Shown here one piece after another: positions 52,716 through 63,618 of a stretch of 64,000 nt of DNA. Numbering within the stretch: the stretch's first letter is position 1; every line of letters begins with the position of its first letter. The notes beneath the pieces are model-generated. The model was given only the letters and a program-made list of their open reading frames with translations. It did not search any database and had not been told where the DNA came from. Source of the DNA: Paramoeba atlantica (Eukaryota > Protista > Discosea); NCBI GenBank assembly GCA_977017575.1, contig CDRNVI010000069.1:186001-250000 (forward strand), in the 5' to 3' direction. A program made the translations under genes and the position numbers.

Positions 52716-54095
52716 TTATACCGAATCTGGGTACATTTCCAGAATCATCGTGCGAACAGGATCATCTTTACTTTTGAGAAGCGTAGCGCACTGAAATACA
52801 ATAATTTCAGTGTCCACAACATTGAACATACGACTGTTGTTTTCTGTGTTAAAATACGCGTATTGTGATTTAGGGATGTACAGGTGAAGATTAACGCAAG
52901 TGTTGTTCGAGATGGACGATACCCATGTAGAGAGAACCGTCGGAGGCCGAGATAAATAGCTGGAGAGATCCGTCGCACCTCCCCCTATTCGCTTCTCGTG
53001 TGTGAATCGAATATTCCACCAATAAGGAATTACGGAGACATAATGAACAGAGAGCCCGTTGACGCCTTCAAATGGGCGAAGCAGCGAACGCTCAAGAAAA
53101 GAGTCCCCGAACAGCGCCTCTGCAAAATCTTCGTCATAGGGAATGTCGAGGGTGAACACCCACTTGGGCCTACAGCTCTGCGTCACACGATGCAGAAGCT
53201 CATTTCCAAGTTCAGCGCGCAACACGCTGCCGAAACTACCGAAAAATCTGTCGGTTTCGTAGAATGCCGAACCGAACACCATCGGGGCACCGGGACTGTT
53301 TTCGGTAAAAGCATTGAGGGGCGACGCACATAAGTCAATAACAGTGTAGCCGGACTGCACGAGCCTTTCCTTCAGTCGAAGATCGGCACACAGCTGTAAC
53401 GATCCACTTCGCAGAATGCGTATGTAGCGAATTAAAACCGTAGCAATGCGGTAAAGAATCTCTTCGGGCGCCTGAGGGGAGTTTGTCCGGTAAAGCCGCC
53501 GAAGTCGTTCGTAGGTAGCGGCGGGAACAGAAATGGAGAAAGCATAGGGCTCGGCATTCACGACAACCGCAACTTGCAGATGCACGGAATGCCCAATACA
53601 GGAAGGGAGAGTGGGTTTTTTGGAAGCTGTCCTCGGTAAGTAGTCTTCGCGGACCAGTCGCAAGGTAGAAAGTTGTGTTACTCCCTTTAAAGTGCAAATC
53701 TCGTTCCATGATTTTTGACATTTCACAATTAAGGAAAAGTTTTGGAGAAAGCTTCGTAATCGATCAATGTCTTCGGAGTGGTGCAGATCTAGCAGGAGCG
53801 CTGTATCACGTAGGAGTTGTGCATCGTAGGTGGGACCAGCAAGAGGAAGGAATGCCATGGCAGGTGGAAACTGTCCTGATTTCTGAACTCGAAAAGGTGA
53901 GGATTGACTCAGAATCCACTTTGCTAAGGCCTCCCACAGCTTGCGCTCTGCTCTGGCGTGTTGCAATACTTTGCGTACCGGGAAAGCTTGCTTTAGCGCC
54001 ACATGGAACTCAACGTTTATTGAAGTCCAGGCTCGTTCAAGCAATACTTCGGAAACAAGCGCTTCGAGGGCGCCTGATTGATCCTCCAGCTGCAT
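52716..54095 (-). CDS. PCIF1: PCIF1/CAPAM-like cap-adjacent adenosine N6-methyltransferase (no WW domain)
   Basis: DLCASPLNAF..FGSAFYETDRFFGSFGS matches the PCIF1 FASPLN..SAF.DTD.YFGS.G block. Motif IV reads DIPY. Confidence 0.82.
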   Translation of the reverse strand: MQLEDQSGALEALVSEVLLERAWTSINVEFHVALKQAFPVRKVLQHARAERKLWEALAKWILSQSSPFRVQKSGQFPPAMAFLPLAGPTYDAQLLRDTALLLDLHHSEDIDRLRSFLQNFSLIVKCQKSWNEICTLKGVTQLSTLRLVREDYLPRTASKKPTLPSCIGHSVHLQVAVVVNAEPYAFSISVPAATYERLRRLYRTNSPQAPEEILYRIATVLIRYIRILRSGSLQLCADLRLKERLVQSGYTVIDLCASPLNAFTENSPGAPMVFGSAFYETDRFFGSFGSVLRAELGNELLHRVTQSCRPKWVFTLDIPYDEDFAEALFGDSFLERSLLRPFEGVNGLSVHYVSVIPYWWNIRFTHEKRIGGGATDLSSYLSRPPTVLSTWVSSISNNTCVNLHLYIPKSQYAYFNTENNSRMFNVVDTEIIVFQCATLLKSKDDPVRTMILEMYPDSV

Positions 54096-54352
54096 TCTAT
54101 CCGATTATAACGGTGTGCGAATCAAAAGAGTCAGAAAAAGCCATACGACTTTTAGCTTTTGACATGTGAAATTAGATCTTCAAGGGCGAAAGGTGCTTAC
54201 ATAGACTAGGAGAATTAAAGGAACGTCAAAGGATTTGTACGCCTGTAAAAAGGTGACGTCGCATAAAATGCTATCATTATCACTATTGCAGAAAGGAATT
54301 ACAATAGTAAAAAATATACATAAACGCATGTACATGAACGTTCGACCAACTT

Positions 54353-55687
54353 TTATTCATCTGATTTTCCCCAGACAGCTTTTCGTTTTTTCCATGGCTC
54401 TTTCTTCACCCTTTCCCGTCGCTTTTCATTAGTACGATCGATGTTAAGTGTGCCCTCATCGTAATCCTGAGGCAAGACCCCTTCCGTTTTCCACTGCTTG
54501 ACTCTTTCCTTCAGTAGATCGCGAGCGCCAATCTTTTTCTGGGACAACTCGCTGACACTGCTTGAAGGTACATAATCAAAGTACTCTCGTCGTGGCAGGA
54601 AGTGCATGGGATTACGTATCTTAAAATGCCAATGCACATGGTAAAACATCTTATCATTTTGCGGAATCGACTCCGCCACGCGCATTCGGACATATCGGTG
54701 TCGAATCGCGGTAATCAGTCGACTGGAGAAATCGAACAGCAACGGCTTCACCTGCTCATAATACTTCTCGCTGTGCACCGCATTCAGCGCCCGTACATAC
54801 GGCTCACACGGTACCGCATGTAAATTCGTACGGGTCGCAATCATCTCCCGCAACACCTGTACCACCCCCTCCTCATCCTTTGTCATCCCTGCGGCATCCA
54901 ACACGTGACCCCATAACGCAATCGGGAAATGCGGAGACGTGTTCCATCGTTCCTTCTTTGAGAATTCAAACAAATCTTTCCACATTGGGTCTTCAAATTT
55001 ACTCGCCGCATACATAAGAGCGAGAGCGAGACACAGCGGTGGGTTACGTCGAGATCCCATCGCATGCTGCAATGCATTTGACGCAGCCTCTGGACACGAG
55101 GTCGCGGATTCCGTGTCCGGGTTATTCCCACTATGGTACGTACGCATTGCATTAAGGTTACGAAAATCCGCTTTCCAGGTCTCCGAGGCACTCGGGAGTG
55201 TACTCGGCAGGGCGCCCGCCGCAAGCCAGGGCTCGATGTACTGAGGCGAGCCATCCCGCTCCCAGATCTCTCGGAGTTGTGCAAACACCGAAGCGCTCGG
55301 GCACATCTCGACCAGCTTAGAAAACAAAACATGCCGCTGGGTCTCGGGGAGCACACGAGCGATACGGCAGTACTGCGTGAGGAGGGTAGAGGAAGACTCG
55401 ATGGATTCCGGGGACGCTGTGCTTTGCTGACACACGTGGTCAAGAAAAGGACGGAGCGCGATTTGTAGCGCCGGGTGGAGCTCGTGGTGGAGACTTAGAC
55501 GAAAGGAGTTGTCCCCACGACGGGAGTGGTTGTGCCAGACCAGCCCGAGGTTGCGGTTGTGTAGCCGTGGGCGGTCAATTCCTCCCGGGTTAAGGTAGTG
55601 CCACCCGAAGGGACTGTAGGAGGCGTTCGGACAGTTATCGGGATCGGTTTGGTGATGTAGACGTCGTAGGCGGGTGCGGCGAAGCAT
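54353..55687 (-). CDS. Helical-repeat (PPR-like) mitochondrial protein, possibly mitoribosome or RNA-processing related
   Basis: MLRRTRLRR presequence; LWGHVLDAAGMTKDEEGVVQVLREM PPR-like motif. Exact identity not recognised. Confidence 0.7.
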   Translation of the reverse strand: MLRRTRLRRLHHQTDPDNCPNASYSPFGWHYLNPGGIDRPRLHNRNLGLVWHNHSRRGDNSFRLSLHHELHPALQIALRPFLDHVCQQSTASPESIESSSTLLTQYCRIARVLPETQRHVLFSKLVEMCPSASVFAQLREIWERDGSPQYIEPWLAAGALPSTLPSASETWKADFRNLNAMRTYHSGNNPDTESATSCPEAASNALQHAMGSRRNPPLCLALALMYAASKFEDPMWKDLFEFSKKERWNTSPHFPIALWGHVLDAAGMTKDEEGVVQVLREMIATRTNLHAVPCEPYVRALNAVHSEKYYEQVKPLLFDFSSRLITAIRHRYVRMRVAESIPQNDKMFYHVHWHFKIRNPMHFLPRREYFDYVPSSSVSELSQKKIGARDLLKERVKQWKTEGVLPQDYDEGTLNIDRTNEKRRERVKKEPWKKRKAVWGKSDE

Positions 55688-55840
55688 TGGGATAGGAGAA
55701 GGGAAGGGTGAAGTAAGAAATCCGTGAGGGAAGATGTAAAACAATGAATAAAGTGCAAAGAAGATTTTTGTAAATACAGTGAAGAATTTTTTTTACGCTA
55801 AGAAAATAGTATGGTGTGCCAAGCAAATACAGTAAGTAGT

Positions 55841-56839
55841 TCAGCAGGATTCAGCTGATGAACTGTATTCATCATCTTCGTCGTCGGTATCAGTCTGTCC
55901 TTTAAAACGTATTTTCGTACCGTACGTCATAAAGGTAGTGGACAAAGACTCTGGGAGCATAGACACATCAATTTCACCTTGGAGATTCTGGTTGTCTTCG
56001 AGGTCCAATGTTTCCAATCGTGCGGGAAGATGAACAAAGCGCACTAACCCAGAAAACAAATTATTGGCACAGTAAAGATCTATCAATGACGAGGGTAAAT
56101 GTTGTAACTCTAGAGAGCCGGTAAAACAATTACACGATAAATTGAGATATTGAAGTTTTTTCGGTAAGTTTAGAAGATTCAATTCTCCCTGTAAAAGATT
56201 TTTATGAAGGCGAAGATGAGTCAAACTCATTGGAAGTGTTGCTAACTCAATATGTCCATCGAACTGATTGGATTCGGCATCCAACTCGTCTAGAGTGTTG
56301 GGCAAGTGAACTAAATCCAAAGGTCCTGTAAATTTGTTTGTAGAGAGCCCAAGGTAAAAAATGTTTGTGGGTAATCTGCCCAACTCTGCACTTCCCGTTA
56401 TGTTGTTTCTCCACACGTTGAATTCTCGTAGTGTTTCCGGTAGCCATTCCAATCGTAATAACCCAGTAAGATTAATGTCAAGCAAAGAAATTCTCGTGAC
56501 CCGCAGATCAGCGTCACACATGACGCTTTTCCATCCACATGCTGGTGTCGAAGTCGTCCAAGACATTGGCGGGTTATCAATGGCTTGAAAGAGTCGTGCA
56601 AGCTCGTATTCCTGTGGCAAGTTTGCCCCTCGTATTTTTCCTAAACCGGAAGACAAAACAGAGCCGTGTACACGTTCGTTCACTTTTAGGATACTACAGT
56701 CCTTCTTTTGCCGCTTAGTCGGTGGCCGTAAATCACTACATTGGCATGCTCGAAAGCGGATCACATGAAAAGATTTCGGTGGAAAAGTCATGAAAAAAGG
56801 TTGTGATAAAGGCAGTGAAAATATAATCAAAAGGATCAT
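55841..56839 (-). CDS. Leucine-rich repeat protein
   Basis: WTTSTPACGWKSVMCD cap, then about seven repeats of LPxxLxxLxLxxNxFxGxLxLxx. Confidence 0.92.
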   Translation of the reverse strand: MILLIIFSLPLSQPFFMTFPPKSFHVIRFRACQCSDLRPPTKRQKKDCSILKVNERVHGSVLSSGLGKIRGANLPQEYELARLFQAIDNPPMSWTTSTPACGWKSVMCDADLRVTRISLLDINLTGLLRLEWLPETLREFNVWRNNITGSAELGRLPTNIFYLGLSTNKFTGPLDLVHLPNTLDELDAESNQFDGHIELATLPMSLTHLRLHKNLLQGELNLLNLPKKLQYLNLSCNCFTGSLELQHLPSSLIDLYCANNLFSGLVRFVHLPARLETLDLEDNQNLQGEIDVSMLPESLSTTFMTYGTKIRFKGQTDTDDEDDEYSSSAESC

Positions 56840-56854
56840 TTGAGGTCGCAGATA

Positions 56855-57623
56855 CAGGGGTGAACAGAAATCTTGCCCCCCCCCCGCGGAAATTTGACTT
56901 TTTTTTATCCGCTTTTGCTCATCTTTGCAGCATTCGAGAGATCTCGTTTTCCTAGCGAAGGGCTTTGCCGCCTTTTTTTCATAGGGACCCCCTGGGGCTC
57001 ATACGGCGACCCGAAAATCGACCTGAAACAAGATTTTAGAAAACTCAAATTTTGAAAATTAAGTGAGAAAATGCAGAAAATGCCGATCAGTAAGAACTAC
57101 TATACGTGATTTAAACTTACTTTAAACTACTAACTTCTATACGTGATTTAAACTTTGTAGATTAGTGCCCAGAATGTCCGCCGTCATTTTCTAATACTAT
57201 TCGGAGTCTTTTGGGTTTAGGGTTTGTAGATCTCGTTTTCACAGTTTCACATAAGGGAAAAATGTACGTGAGGGATACAAATTTGCTAAAAATCATGTTT
57301 TTTATTCCATGAGAGCTCTAAGGAGCCATTATGAAAGAAATGCAGCAAGACTATTCGCTATGAGAACGAGATTCATCAAATGCGATTAAAACGAGCAAAA
57401 GTGTGAAGGACATAATTTCATAAAACTTAAAAAAGGCGTAAAAAAATAGGTGCGTTCCAGAAAAATGGTATCTAAAAACCATGTGTTTTGGACCTAGGAG
57501 GTCCCTATGAAAAAAAGCCCCTCGCTGGGAAAACGAGATTTCTCCAATGCTGCAAAGATGAGCAAAAACGGATAAAAAAAGTCAAATTTCCGCGGGGGGG
57601 GGCAAGATTTCTGTTCACCCCTG
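56855..57623. mobile_element. MITE, CAGGGGTG termini, ~96-bp TIRs, TA TSD
   Basis: TA-CAGGGGTGAACAGAAATCTTGCCCC.. and its reverse complement. Subterminal part resembles the 19440 MITE. Confidence 0.92.
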
Positions 57624-58643
57624 TATCTGCGACTTAATTAAAGCGAAAATTTTATAGTTAAACTAATTCACCGAAACTTACTGTTTTTTAGGCATTCTGA
57701 ATGCCTCTTTAGTAGAGTATAGTGCTTTGTTTAACTCATAATCTACATACATGTAGATTTTACACAAGATGTATTTTTATCGTAATCGATGACTAGGTTG
57801 TTCAACATTTTCATGTCTCTTGGTTGTTACGTCGATCTTAAGCGTCACGGAAGAAAGTATCGTTTCTCGGCTTCGTTCTCATTCTTTCGGTTCACACACG
57901 CCTTGTCTCCGACGTAATGCAGAACCTCAAGGGAAGGTTTGCTACAAGAAGCTGCCGGATGGCACTCAATGCCGAAGAAAATTATCAGAATTTGATCTTT
58001 TTTCTACGTCGTGTAAAAGGCCTAGGAAGCACTTTTCGTACTTGGATGCTGGTAGCGGGAGGCAATTTACCACATGTTATTACTTTACTAATTGGTAGAT
58101 CCTTGCGTGCAGTGACAAGCTATCTTGCTAACATCGAATAGGTTTTCTTAATTGACCGAGCCCCTCAAAATCTCATAATTTTTCTAATGGTAGATGAAAC
58201 GTACATCGGGAAGCGGCTTGTTTCGGAAAAGAGATTTTTCGAATCCAAGAACGTTCAAGCCGGAGAAGCTGTGCCAGTATAAATACTTTCAGAGGTTTTC
58301 GAAGAAGGATGACCATTTACAAAACACCGCCGGGGCCATGTACGAAACGTATAAAAAACAAGGATAGAGTTAGACGAATTGCTCATCGGTAGCGTGTATA
58401 CCATGAGGTTTGTACCCCGTGTAAACTTCTTCTTCCAATGGAATACATCTTGTGATACTGATTCTTCCCATGTGAAATCGTATATCGAATACACCCCCTC
58501 ATAAAAGATCCTATCAACTCAACCTTTCTTTACAAAGAGACCCCTCAATAGTGAAAAGTTTTAAATTCTTGTATCCCTTCCTCAAACCAACCCTTTTTTT
58601 CATTCCCCCCAACCCCTTAGGCTACCCCCCCGCCTCCCATCCC

Positions 58644-59534
58644 CTAATTCCCCACCCTCATCCCCAACACCCGTCGCAGTGACTCCACCAGGTACCACGA
58701 CAGGCACACCTGCGGAACCACCCGGCTCAACTCCACCGTATACCCGCGGTAGAGCCCCACCGGTCCGTTACGCCTGACCACCCCCATCGCACACGCGGCC
58801 ATACTCCCCCCGTACCTCCGCGCCCCCCCGCCGGCCCCATCCATCATCATCCGTCGCCGAATCACATCCAGCGGGAGGGTACAGGAGACACTCGCGACCC
58901 CAGCCACGCAGGAGGCCCCTAATGTCGATCCCGTCCACCCAATGGAGTCCCCATAGTTACGGAGTAACGCAAACTTTGTGGTTTCATACACAGAGAAGTG
59001 CAAGCAGAGGTCCGGGATGCGCTGCAGCACGGTGGGGGTGAGTCCCTTGTACCAGCCCCGGACCCCCTCCTCTTTTCGGATACGACCCAGGGAGGGGAGG
59101 ATGCCGTGGTAGGAGGAGTTGGGGCTCATCAGTCGGGTGCGCACGACATCGAGGGGGAAGCAGGCGACGGTGGCCACACACCCGCTGACGCCCCCGGCGA
59201 GGGTTTTCATCAGGAAACTGCTCTCCTCGACCCCGGAGAAGTCCCGGATGCGGAACTTCACGGCGTCGTAGACAAAGAGCTGGATGCCGGAGTAGGGGAA
59301 GCGGTGGACGACCATGGTGAGGTTGCCGCGGAAGAGGCCCCGGGGACCTTCTTTTTGCCACAGGGTGCGGACGGTGGGGAGGATTTGCTTGGAGGCGTCG
59401 TCGAGTTGCATCACGACGACGATACGGGAGAGCGGGGAGAGGGCGCTTTTGGCCGCGCTGTTGCCAATGCCACCGGCGAGGAAGTTCACGAGAGGGGTGT
59501 TTTCTTTTTCGGGGGTGGGGGTGGTGGTTGTCAT
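58644..59534 (-). CDS. Mitochondrial carrier (SLC25) family protein
   Basis: Three repeats with PLSRIVVVMQ, PLDVVRTRL and PLDVIRRRM; GLFRGN, GWYKGL, GLYRGY. Confidence 0.96.
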   Translation of the reverse strand: MTTTTPTPEKENTPLVNFLAGGIGNSAAKSALSPLSRIVVVMQLDDASKQILPTVRTLWQKEGPRGLFRGNLTMVVHRFPYSGIQLFVYDAVKFRIRDFSGVEESSFLMKTLAGGVSGCVATVACFPLDVVRTRLMSPNSSYHGILPSLGRIRKEEGVRGWYKGLTPTVLQRIPDLCLHFSVYETTKFALLRNYGDSIGWTGSTLGASCVAGVASVSCTLPLDVIRRRMMMDGAGGGARRYGGSMAACAMGVVRRNGPVGLYRGYTVELSRVVPQVCLSWYLVESLRRVLGMRVGN

Positions 59535-59876
59535 GGAGAGAGAGAGAGAGTGGCTGTGAAAGGGAGGAGAGGCGAATAAAAATGGGGTTAAAAAGTGGTG
59601 TCGTTTGGATTAGGAGACACATTGTATAAAGCTCGCCCCCGATAGGATACACTTCCGCTATACCACAACGTTTAAAGCCTCGTTGTTATAAAATTGGCGT
59701 ACGCTCCCGATCACTCCTCTCTCTTCTGTTTCAATACCTTAAATGATTTCCGCATATCGGGCCTACCATCACATGCCAGTTTTAATACCGCGCAGTATGT
59801 TTCAACAGTGTATGTTTCAACAGTATATTCCAACAAAATATCGTTCTCCTCCTATACTAAAACCACCCCACCCACC

Positions 59877-61616
59877 TTATGCTTTCACCCGCAACGCACC
59901 CGCAATCGTCTCCACGGCCTTTATATCCCGTATCAGATGCCCAATCGCATCCTGCATCATCTTACTCGGATCCGACGTCCGGTCCCGTGACACCGTATGA
60001 ATCGTACTCCCCTCAATATAAAAATCCAACCCATCCGGAGAGGCCATCCTCCGTGGCCCCGACAACCCACGTCCGGGGCCTCCTTTCCCCCCCCCACCCC
60101 CTGTCTCCTTCCTCCCCCGTGTCCCCACCGCACCCGAAGAAGGAGACTTTGTCTTTTTCTGTGTCGCCCCCTCTCCTTTCGACGTTGCCTTTTCCCCCCC
60201 CTCCCCCTCCCCCTGCGGCTGCTGCTGCTGGAACCCCTTATGCTTCCAACACAGCAGGTGGGCCGTCATCTCCCCCCCGCCCACTTCGGGGGCCCCGTGC
60301 AGCCCCGCGAGCCGGTCCACCCCCATCCCCCCGTACAGCCCCAGGTACGACCGCAGCACCGGCACCCACGCCTGCTGCTGCACCTCCCGGTACAGCATCA
60401 CCGCGTGGGAGGCCATCCGCACGAACGGGGAGTGGGCGTAGACGGAGTCCGCGTCCTCGGGGCGCCCCGCGGGCGTGAGGAACTTCGGGCAGGCCCTGCG
60501 GAAGGCGTGCCGGAAGGTGTCCTCCTCGTAGGTGAGCGCGAGGAGCTCCTCCGGGGGGGCGGGGAGGGCGGCCCTCAACGTGTCCTCCACGGGGGCGGGG
60601 TACAGCGTGAGCACGAGGGCGAGGGCGGCGGTGGAGTGGCGGCGGAGGGTCGCGAGGGTCTGCTGGGGGTCGGGGAGGGCGGCGTAGGTGTTGGCCCAGC
60701 GCAGGGCACGGAGCAGGAGGTGGTGGGCGTCGGGGTAGCGCCGGAGCATGAGGGCGGAGAAGCCGGCGTGGTAGTGGAGGGTGAGGCAGCAGGGGGGGAG
60801 GGCGTGGCAGGGGGCGTCGAGGCGGTCGAGGGTGGCGGGGAGGAGGAGGGGGGTGCCCTCGAGGGTGCGGAGGGCGGTGTAGTAGTCCCCGAGCTGGGTG
60901 TGGAGACGGAGGAGTTGGATGAGGGCGTAGTACCCGGTGAGGGGGAGGGGGTGGGTGAGCTCGGGGGCGTCGCAGGCGAGTAGCGCGCGGATGTTGCTGC
61001 GCTCGACGAGGTCAGTGAGGTGCTGGATGACACTTGCGGGGTTGCACACCTCCGTGGGGGGTTGGTGAAGACGGGTGGCGAGGTTGTCCCCCTCACGGTA
61101 CCGTGCGTGGCAGTAGGTTTGGGTTTGGTAAACGAACTCGTTGAGGAGGTCCCAGCTCCACTTGTTGGGGAGGGCGAGCGTAAACGTGCCCTCTTTGAGC
61201 ATACGGAAATAGTCGCGGTAGTTCTCCCACGCCTCGATGCGGACGGCGGTGGGTACGTCACGCTGCTCATGGAGGTAGCGGAAGTAGAGCTCTTTGTACA
61301 GAAAGCACGCCACGGGGTCGGTCCCGAGATGGGACTGAATGGAGGACAGCGCGGGCCACTGACGTCCCGCGGTACGCTGTGCGTTCCGCTGGTTGCTGCG
61401 CGTCCCGGCACGGTTTTTGTCGGCGCCTTTGCGGGCGGCGTTAGTCTTTTCTTCACGGGTGATGCTCGCCTCGCTTTTGTAGTGCTCCTCGGTAAGGTGA
61501 GGATAGGTGACATCGTAGAGACGAGTAATGTCTTTGATTTTCTTTTCGCGAGCAGCCGTCGAGAGATCACGTAGGAATTGTTTCACATTCTCCGGTATGG
61601 AGTCCTGTGCGGGCAT
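59877..61616 (-). CDS. EIF3L: Translation initiation factor eIF3 subunit L
   Basis: LYKELYFRY, LPNKWSWDLLNEFVYQ, LLRLHTQLGDYYTAL, GFSALMLRRYPDA, ACPKFL, LDFYIEG. Confidence 0.93.
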   Translation of the reverse strand: MPAQDSIPENVKQFLRDLSTAAREKKIKDITRLYDVTYPHLTEEHYKSEASITREEKTNAARKGADKNRAGTRSNQRNAQRTAGRQWPALSSIQSHLGTDPVACFLYKELYFRYLHEQRDVPTAVRIEAWENYRDYFRMLKEGTFTLALPNKWSWDLLNEFVYQTQTYCHARYREGDNLATRLHQPPTEVCNPASVIQHLTDLVERSNIRALLACDAPELTHPLPLTGYYALIQLLRLHTQLGDYYTALRTLEGTPLLLPATLDRLDAPCHALPPCCLTLHYHAGFSALMLRRYPDAHHLLLRALRWANTYAALPDPQQTLATLRRHSTAALALVLTLYPAPVEDTLRAALPAPPEELLALTYEEDTFRHAFRRACPKFLTPAGRPEDADSVYAHSPFVRMASHAVMLYREVQQQAWVPVLRSYLGLYGGMGVDRLAGLHGAPEVGGGEMTAHLLCWKHKGFQQQQPQGEGEGGEKATSKGEGATQKKTKSPSSGAVGTRGRKETGGGGGKGGPGRGLSGPRRMASPDGLDFYIEGSTIHTVSRDRTSDPSKMMQDAIGHLIRDIKAVETIAGALRVKA

Positions 61617-61811
61617 TGTGGTTTGCTACAAGATAAAATAAATAAAAGTGCACTATCTGATCGTTTTTTTCACACAAAATACTTACAATATGCGTATCCT
61701 TGAAAGCTTCCCCATGAATACTATTTTTTTATATGAAAGACATCTCGTTCCCACACGTTTTGCATACACATGTACGAACAAAATAATCCCCGCTCACGTA
61801 CCCCCTGTTCC

Positions 61812-63251
61812 TTAAAACAAGTACCGTTTGCTATTTGGCATACCATGTACATAGGCGCTCTTCTCGTTTTTATAATACGCGGGCCACAGCGAAGTGGCAC
61901 TTTGACGTCGCGGGCGGCGATACACATCCGGCAACCCCAATTGGTGACGTTCGGCAGCAAACTCCTCCGCGGATCCAATAGCCTCAGTACGTGGCAGTGT
62001 CCGAGATTGGGCTCGGGTCGGACGTCCGTGCTCGTCTTTGGTCCCATGTAAAACTGCGGACCAGCGTCGCTGGAAAGTCCAGCGAGAGAGGCGGTAGGAG
62101 GGACGGGTGGCACTCTGTTCCTCCCGGTCCCGCTCCATTGTGCGTAGTGTGTCCTCGAAATTCGGACCCACAGTGGACTGCAGCGCACGGCTGCGGGAGA
62201 CGAACGCGGAGAGGCGCTGATCTTTTTGTTTCGCCTCCAGAGCGCGCTCGGCGGCGACCGGGTCCAGCGGCCACCTGCCCTCGGTGGGGAGCCCACCAAG
62301 GATGTGCTTCGCTGTGGTATTGAGGTCTTCCGTGAGATCACGGCAGAACTCGGGCCACTCCCCAGGTGGAGTACCATCGTGAAGCTCCACGACGCGAATC
62401 TGACTCAGGCGCTCCATGCGCCGGATCAGATTCCACTTGTAGGGATGGCGGCAGCCAGCGATAAGGGATTTCTCCCGTTTCGAGAGCGGGAAGGTCTCGG
62501 TGCCATCCCGCTCCCTTCTTTTATTCTTGTGAGCCTCCCACGCCACACGACGTCGGTCTGGGGGAAGCCGGAGAAGTGAGGTGCGCAGGAGCTCGTCGTA
62601 CTCGGTGAGCCCGATGGCACCATAGAGCACACGGTCCCGCAGCCGCCGTGGGAGGTTGCGTGCCCACAGGGGGAACACCTGCTCGTCCCCCAGCATGTAC
62701 GCATCCAGCCGGTCCTCCGGGACCATCCCGGTCTCGGACTCTATCTTCTCCCGGTACTGTGCAATCTCCCGCTCGTCGCGCTCCGCTACCCGGAGTGAGG
62801 CTTTGGCTTGCCTATAGGCCGCCCGGGTAGGGGGAGAGAGGGACTTGATGCGACGCTTTAAAGTGCGAATACGCTCATTTAGCAGTCGAGTGTGATGTCC
62901 GCGAGGCAGGGAGGGTATACCCGTATTGGACTCCGCCATCACCCCTCCAAGATCCATATCGGTGGCGATCTCCTCCTCGGCACGGGTGGTGGGGGAGGCG
63001 CCGTGACGCAGGGCCTCGTAGGCGTCAGAGGAGACCTGGGCGGAGCGCAATCGCTGGGACATACGCTCCTGGTGGCGTTCTTTGTTTTGCTCCTGCACAC
63101 CGCGAAGATAATTCCCCGGGTTCTTGGATTTGTAGCCCTCAAGGTAGTCATGACGGGGGAAGGTTCGCGGCCGACTGGTGTAGTCGTGGATTTCCGTTCG
63201 CTGCGGGTAATAAATATGATGGCGTCGGAAATGCGAGACGCTGCGTCTCAT
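61812..63251 (-). CDS. Basic, helical, probably mitochondrial protein (mitoribosomal-like; identity uncertain)
   Basis: Long uninterrupted ORF, presequence-like MRRSVSHFRR, Arg-rich throughout. Confidence 0.7.
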   Translation of the reverse strand: MRRSVSHFRRHHIYYPQRTEIHDYTSRPRTFPRHDYLEGYKSKNPGNYLRGVQEQNKERHQERMSQRLRSAQVSSDAYEALRHGASPTTRAEEEIATDMDLGGVMAESNTGIPSLPRGHHTRLLNERIRTLKRRIKSLSPPTRAAYRQAKASLRVAERDEREIAQYREKIESETGMVPEDRLDAYMLGDEQVFPLWARNLPRRLRDRVLYGAIGLTEYDELLRTSLLRLPPDRRRVAWEAHKNKRRERDGTETFPLSKREKSLIAGCRHPYKWNLIRRMERLSQIRVVELHDGTPPGEWPEFCRDLTEDLNTTAKHILGGLPTEGRWPLDPVAAERALEAKQKDQRLSAFVSRSRALQSTVGPNFEDTLRTMERDREEQSATRPSYRLSRWTFQRRWSAVLHGTKDEHGRPTRAQSRTLPRTEAIGSAEEFAAERHQLGLPDVYRRPRRQSATSLWPAYYKNEKSAYVHGMPNSKRYLF

Positions 63252-63618
63252 AAGGGTGACATTTTAGATAGGAACAAAGAGTGAGTTGATTTTCTATACA
63301 GTTCTGAAAGAAAATGATTGGGCGAAGCAAATAAAAACTAATATCAAAGTCAGCTAATAAGAGCTTGAAAGTACATTACTGGGTGATCCAAAAGAGTGCT
63401 ACACGTGAACGTTTAATATCATCATGGTTATTTACTATAATAGTATCATCATTTTCTATTCTACTCTAGAAGAATTACACTCGTGTCCTACTTTTCGATT
63501 AAAGGTAGTACTATTTCATTTATAAAATGATTGCCCAAAAATAAATCGAATAGAGTAAGTTATGTTGTATAAAGTGCCTTATCAGCACGAACACCTCTGG
63601 ATATTTCGGTTCCTTCAT

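Noticed and set aside
58984-61574. Long antisense and alternative-frame ORFs over the carrier and eIF3L (likewise over AlaRS, eIF1A and CRE)
   Set aside because: Expected from high GC and stop-poor codon use; no recognisable motifs.
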